Shown: piece by piece, positions 59,749-64,000 of the stretch | How the letters are laid out: each line of letters begins with the position of its first letter | Position numbering within the stretch: the first letter of the stretch is position 1 | NCBI GenBank assembly: GCA_016871175.1 | Contig: VFZL01000001.1 | Location: 64,218-128,217, forward strand | DNA: 64,000 nucleotides | Direction of reading: 5' to 3' | DNA from: Acidimicrobiia bacterium | GTDB taxonomy: Bacteria; Acidobacteriota; Vicinamibacteria; Vicinamibacterales; CAVVIG01 | Translations under genes and position numbers: made by a program | Notes under the pieces: generated by a model | What the model saw: the letters and a program-made list of their open reading frames with translations, nothing else | Databases searched by the model: none | What the model was told of the DNA's origin: nothing

Positions 59749-61181
59749 CGTACGAAGCGGTAATCGGCCTGGAGATCCACGCGCAGCTTCAGGCGGGCAC
59801 GAAAATCTTCTGCGGCTGCAGCACGGTGTTCGGCGCGCCCCCGAATACGCACGTCTGTCCCGTGTGCCTCGGGTTCCCTGGCGTGCTTCCGGTGCTGAAT
59901 CGCTCGGCCGTGGACTTGGGCATCCGTGCCGCATTGGCTCTCGGGTGCCGGATCAACGAGACATCGATCTTCGCTCGCAAGAACTACTTCTATCCCGACC
60001 TCCCAAAAGGCTATCAGATCTCCCAGTACGAGCAGCCACTGGCCAGCGCCGGATCAGTTTCGTTCGCGATGCCAGACGGACCGCGCCGCGTCGGTATCAC
60101 GCGCGTGCACCTGGAAGAAGACGCGGGGAAGTCGCTCCACGAGGGCTTTCCCGACTCGGATCGCACGACGTACGTCGACTTCAATCGCGCGGGCGTGCCA
60201 CTCATCGAGATCGTCACCGAGCCAGACTTGCGATCGGCAGCCGATGCGGCGGAGTTCTTCAGCCGCCTGCGGGCGATTCTCGTGTGGCTCGATGTCAACG
60301 ACGGCAACATGGACGAGGGCAGCCTTCGCTGCGATGCCAACGTGTCCGTGCGGCCGGCCGGCACGGCCGCGCTCGGGACCAAGGCCGAGGTGAAGAATCT
60401 CAATTCGTTCCGCTTTCTGCAGAAGGCGCTCGAGTTCGAGATCGAGCGGCAGCGCGCGCTAGTCGGCGACGGGATTCGTGTGGTGCAGGAGACCCGGCTG
60501 TTCGACGTATCGACTGGGACGACCGTGTCGATGCGGAGCAAGGAAGAGGCCCACGACTACCGATACTTCCCCGAGCCAGACCTCCCGCCTGTTCGTGTGA
60601 GCGCCGAGCGGCTCGCCGCCGTTCGTGAGCGGATGATCGAACTGCCCGACGCGCGGCGCCAACGATTCGTGGCCGCCTTCGGGCTGCCCGAGTACGACGC
60701 CGCCCAGTTGACCCAATCGCGTCATAGCGCCGATTTCTTCGAGGCCACCGTCACCGCCGGCGCACCGGCCAAGACGGCCAGTAACTGGATCAGGGGCGAG
60801 CTCGCGCGCGTCCTCAACGACACCGGCCGGTCGATGGCGGATCCGCCGGTGTCACCGACTCGGCTGGCGGAGCTGCTGAGGCTCGTTGAGGCGGGCACGA
60901 TTAGTGGCGCGATTGCGAAGACCGTCTTCGAGAAGATGGTGGTGTCGGCCGACTCGGCAGAGGCGATCGTGCGGCGGGACGGCCTCACGCAGATCGACGA
61001 TGAAGGGGCTATCATCGCACTGATCGCGGATGTGCTCACGCGGAACACCGACGCCGTCGCGGGCTATCGAGCCGGAAAGACGGCGACGTTCGGCTTCCTC
61101 GTGGGTCAAGTGATGAAGGCGGCCGGAGGGAAAGCGAATCCGAAGCGGGTAACCGAGCTGCTGAAACAGGCCCTCGCGTGA
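59745..61181 (+). CDS. gatB: Asp-tRNA(Asn)/Glu-tRNA(Gln) amidotransferase subunit B
   Basis: ATG overlaps the pckA stop (ATGA). [15 protein letters not shown]...KIFCGC...[20 protein letters not shown]. Confidence 0.9.
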   Translation: MTYEAVIGLEIHAQLQAGTKIFCGCSTVFGAPPNTHVCPVCLGFPGVLPVLNRSAVDLGIRAALALGCRINETSIFARKNYFYPDLPKGYQISQYEQPLASAGSVSFAMPDGPRRVGITRVHLEEDAGKSLHEGFPDSDRTTYVDFNRAGVPLIEIVTEPDLRSAADAAEFFSRLRAILVWLDVNDGNMDEGSLRCDANVSVRPAGTAALGTKAEVKNLNSFRFLQKALEFEIERQRALVGDGIRVVQETRLFDVSTGTTVSMRSKEEAHDYRYFPEPDLPPVRVSAERLAAVRERMIELPDARRQRFVAAFGLPEYDAAQLTQSRHSADFFEATVTAGAPAKTASNWIRGELARVLNDTGRSMADPPVSPTRLAELLRLVEAGTISGAIAKTVFEKMVVSADSAEAIVRRDGLTQIDDEGAIIALIADVLTRNTDAVAGYRAGKTATFGFLVGQVMKAAGGKANPKRVTELLKQALA

Positions 61182-61837
61182 TTGAAGCTCATCGCCTGTC
61201 CAAGGTGTATCGGCGTGGGGTCTACGCACTGCGCGACTTGAATCTCACGATCGACAAAGGCGAGTTCCTGTTCTTGACCGGGCCGAGCGGTGCGGGGAAG
61301 TCTACGCTGTTGCGCCTGCTGCTGCGAGAGGAGCTGCCGTCGGAAGGCGATGTCTCCGTAGCCGGCCGCAGTCTTGCCGCCTTGTCTAGATCCGAGGTGC
61401 AGACGTACCGTCGCTCGCTGGGCTTCGTGTTCCAGGATTTTCGGCTCATTCCCAGGCTCACGGTGTTTCAGAACGTGGCGTTCGTGATGCGCGTCCTGGG
61501 AACGCCGCTCTCGATCCAGCAGCGGCGCACGTTCCAGGTGCTCAAGTGGGTGGGGCTGCAACACCGCATGAACGCTCTGCCCGAGGAGCTGTCGGGCGGG
61601 GAGCAACAACGGATCGTCATCGCACGCGCGCTCGTGAACGAGCCGCAGTTGGTGCTGGCCGACGAGCCGACCGGAAATCTCGATCCTGATCTGTCGCTCG
61701 AGATCATGAATCTGCTGCGCGAGATCAACGCCCGAGGGACGACGGTCGTCGTGGCGACGCACGACCGCGAGTTGATCCGGCGCGTGGGCCGGCGCGCCGT
61801 GACGCTCGACCACGGGCGGATCGCCGAAGTGAGCTGA
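61178..61837 (+). CDS. ftsE: Cell-division ABC ATPase FtsE
   Basis: GTG overlaps the gatB stop (GTGA). [28 protein letters not shown]. Followed by ftsX. Confidence 0.9.
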   Translation: MIEAHRLSKVYRRGVYALRDLNLTIDKGEFLFLTGPSGAGKSTLLRLLLREELPSEGDVSVAGRSLAALSRSEVQTYRRSLGFVFQDFRLIPRLTVFQNVAFVMRVLGTPLSIQQRRTFQVLKWVGLQHRMNALPEELSGGEQQRIVIARALVNEPQLVLADEPTGNLDPDLSLEIMNLLREINARGTTVVVATHDRELIRRVGRRAVTLDHGRIAEVS

Positions 61838-61845
61838 CCCCCGCG

Positions 61846-62883
61846 ATGCTGGCAGCTCTTCGCTATGCGGTCGAGGAAGCATCGGCCAGCCTTTGGCGCG
61901 GCAGACGGACCGCGTGGCTGTCGATCGGGACCATCGCGGTCGCTGTGTTCGTCCTCGGCACCTTCTTGCTTGTGACCGTCAACCTCGAGCACATGGCCGA
62001 CGAATGGCGGCAGGCTGCCGAGCTGTCGGTGTTTCTGGACGATGAGCTGACCGAGGAAGAGCGGCGCGCCATCGAAGCGCTGTTCGCGCCGGGGCCGGTC
62101 GTGACCAGTCACGAGTTCGTGTCGAAAGCGGATGCGCTCGCGCGGTTCAAGCAGATGTTCGGTGAGCTTGCGGCCGCAGCCGGTACTCTTGAATCGAACC
62201 CGATTCCCGCGTCGTTCGAAGTGCGCGTCCGAGCCGACGCCCCCACGCAGGCGATGGAGGCCCTTGTGACGCGACTGCGGGCCACACCCGGAGTGTCCGA
62301 CGTCCGGTACGACCGCGAATGGCTCGATCGCCTCGTTGCCGCCGCGGCGCTGGTTCGCCGTGTCGGACTGGTTCTGGGGACCCTGTTGACCGTCGCGGCG
62401 GCATTGACCGTCGGGAACGTCGTGCGCCTCGCCCTGTACGCGCGCCACGACGAGGTTGACATCATGGAACTCGTGGGGGCGCCGCGTGCGTACGTGAAGG
62501 GTCCGTTCGTGACCGAAGGAGTCCTGCAAGGTGGCCTGGGCGCGCTGGTGCGCTCGTGGCGCTGTTCGGCGCCTTCGTCGCGGTCCGCGGCCCGTATCTG
62601 CTGCCGCTGGCCACGGCGCTCAACGTTTCGGCAGTGAGGTTCCTTGCGCCAGCGACGTGCGTCTACCTGATGTTGGGGGGGGATGTTCGTGGGCTGCCTC
62701 GGTGGCATACTGGCGACGCGGTCCGAGGGACGGAGCCGACCGGGCCCGAAGATCAAGTATTCTGCACGGAGAATCTTGACTCCTGTTTTCGGCCGGCACT
62801 ACACTGGTTTCGGGTCGCACCCATCGACAACTTATCCCGAGGATCTGCATGCCACGCTTCGTGACCGACTCGAGGCCGATTAG
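61846..62883 (+). pseudogene. ftsX: Cell-division permease FtsX, reading frame broken twice (as assembled)
   Basis: Frame 1 is FtsX-like to ...GVLQGGLGALV, then junk. Frame 2 (from about 62550) reads ALVALFGAFVAVRGPYLLPLATALNVSAVRFLAPATCVYLMLGG. Frame 3 after the G8 run (62675-62682) reads MFVGCLGGILATRS.... The true 3' end is uncertain. Confidence 0.7.
62776..62805 (+). promoter_or_regulatory. Sigma-70-like promoter candidate for the small ORF at 62849
   Basis: TTGACT (62776-81), 18-nt spacer, TACACT (62800-05). GAGGA lies 8 nt upstream of the ATG at 62849. Confidence 0.4.
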
Positions 62884-63133
62884 CGCGCTGCACCCGATTC
62901 AAGAGTTCTACAGGGAGGAATTCCTCAAGCACCACCGATGCCTGCAACAGCAGCGTCCGTACTTCTCGGAAGGTGCGATCACTGACGTCGAGGCGGCTCT
63001 GACGCGCATCATGGGGCAGTTGGACGACCTTTGTTCCTGCGCCGACGCCGACCAGGTTGTGAGCTCCCTCCTCAGGAAATTCGATGTCCTGACCGGGCTA
63101 TCCGCCTGGTCTGATCCCAAGCAGATACACTGA
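62849..63133 (+). CDS. Small hypothetical protein (94 aa) in a locally AT-richer stretch
   Basis: MPRFVTDSRPISALHPIQEFYREEFLKHHRCLQQQRPYFSEG... has normal non-junk composition. Has its own promoter-like and RBS-like signals. No family recognised. Confidence 0.4.
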   Translation: MPRFVTDSRPISALHPIQEFYREEFLKHHRCLQQQRPYFSEGAITDVEAALTRIMGQLDDLCSCADADQVVSSLLRKFDVLTGLSAWSDPKQIH

Positions 63134-63150
63134 CCGCTCGGCCCAACGCG

Positions 63151-64000
63151 TTGCCACGGTTGAACGAGCACGCGCTAGCCATCGTCCGTGCGGCGATAGC
63201 TGGCGTCGAGCCCGGCCGTCTGGTGGAACGCGCGCTTCGCGCTGAACCACCTCCCGCTGATCGCCTGCAGCTACTCGCTGTGGGAAAGGCGTCGATTGCG
63301 ATGGCTGCTGGTGCCCGAGGGGCGCTCGGCGATCGCATCGTCCGAGGCCTCGTCATTGGTCCCGTGGCGGCATCGGTACCTGCGCCACTCACGTTCGCGC
63401 GTGCCGACCATCCCATGCCCTCGCACGACAGCGAACTGGCTGGACGAGCGGCGCTCGCGCTGGCGACAACTCCAACCCAGGCCCATGCCCTGCTCGTGCT
63501 GGTTTCTGGCGGCGCCTCCGCCTTGATGGCCGTTCCCGCCTCGGGCTTGGCCCTTTACGACAAGCAACGGACGACCGAGCGTCTCCTCCGTGCCGGCGTG
63601 ACCATCCATGAGCTCAATACCGTGCGCAAACACCTCTCCGCGGTGAAAGGCGGACGGCTCGCGGCCGCATCGCCCATCCCGGTCCTCGCCCTGGCGATCT
63701 CGGACGTCGTCGGTGACGACCCGGCCGTGATCGGTTCGGGTCCGACGGTCGCCGACGCGAGTACGTTCGGCGATGCGCTGGCGATTCTCGAACGGACCGG
63801 GGGGCGCGATGCGTATCCGGTGGCGGTTGTGGGACATCTCGAGCGCGGGGCTCGTGGGGAGGCGGACGCGTTGGAGACGCCCAAGCCCGGGGACCCGTCT
63901 CTCAGGACCGCAGAGTGGCGTCTCATCGGGGGCCGACACGATGCCATGCAGGCCGCTGCCCAATCGGCACGTCAGCTCGGATACACCGTAGAGGTGCGAG
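63151..64000 (+). CDS. Glycerate 2-kinase / hydroxypyruvate reductase-like (DUF4147-MOFRL family); 3' end outside the window
   Basis: The open frame runs to the window edge and is therefore missing from the ORF track. LLAVGKASIAMA, LVLVSGGASALMAVP, LNTVRKHLSAVKGGRLA and ISDVVGDDPAVIGSGPT are family signatures. Start is uncertain (TTG at 63151 or 63160). Confidence 0.7.
   Translation, partial: MPRLNEHALAIVRAAIAGVEPGRLVERALRAEPPPADRLQLLAVGKASIAMAAGARGALGDRIVRGLVIGPVAASVPAPLTFARADHPMPSHDSELAGRAALALATTPTQAHALLVLVSGGASALMAVPASGLALYDKQRTTERLLRAGVTIHELNTVRKHLSAVKGGRLAAASPIPVLALAISDVVGDDPAVIGSGPTVADASTFGDALAILERTGGRDAYPVAVVGHLERGARGEADALETPKPGDPSLRTAEWRLIGGRHDAMQAAAQSARQLGYTVEVR

Noticed and set aside
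63271-63963. 230-aa minus-strand ORF near the window end
   Set aside because: It is antisense to a plus-strand frame with clear glycerate-kinase (MOFRL-family) motifs. That frame is missing from the track only because it has no stop in the window.

Overview
This is a GC-rich bacterial chromosomal segment with strong GC3 bias and many long Arg/Gly/Pro-rich shadow ORFs on the antisense strands. The protein families present (PEGA, DUF5916-like barrel, DUF1570/TPR, several VWA and MBL-fold proteins) suggest a soil Acidobacteriota- or Gemmatimonadota-like organism; this is inference only. I recognised no rRNA, tRNA, CRISPR array, transposase or integrase. About 55 protein genes are called from motifs read by eye; no searches were run.

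Gene content by region:
- 4.2-10.4 kb: a form-II CODH-type coxS-L-M-D-E cluster with a convergent coxG.
- 10.8-13.6 kb: a split NosR/NapH-like FMN-binding plus polyferredoxin pair, then a PAP2 protein.
- 13.6-20.3 kb: a tightly packed minus-strand gene string (UbiD-family, VWA, small TM ORF, DUF5916-like, apbE).
- 21.5-36.7 kb: a neighbourhood with a HEXXH-TPR protein, a TonB_C protein, a PEGA protein, two PilZ proteins, pilT, an orphan type IV pilin, three MBL-fold hydrolases and a sigma-54 activator.
- Elsewhere: housekeeping genes (pgi, folK, ispH, pckA, gatB, ftsEX); YbbA/YbbP-type, MacAB-type and RND/MFP/TolC efflux sets; and an ECF sigma/anti-sigma pair.

Most noteworthy observations:
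1. The sigma-54 activator is one ~2.9 kb reading frame interrupted by three in-frame TAG codons and one homopolymer frameshift.
2. pilT has no canonical start codon that covers its conserved N-terminus. It is overlapped by an upstream ORF built of two internal repeats, and a 1-nt change in a C4 run would fuse the two into an N-terminally extended PilT.
3. A near-consensus sigma-54 promoter sits upstream of the pilin gene, and a triple GTATCCAG repeat plus a weaker sigma-54-like site sit upstream of a PilZ gene.
4. Further indel-type frame breaks occur in a TonB-like gene and in ftsX. This argues that at least some disruptions are assembly artefacts rather than biology.
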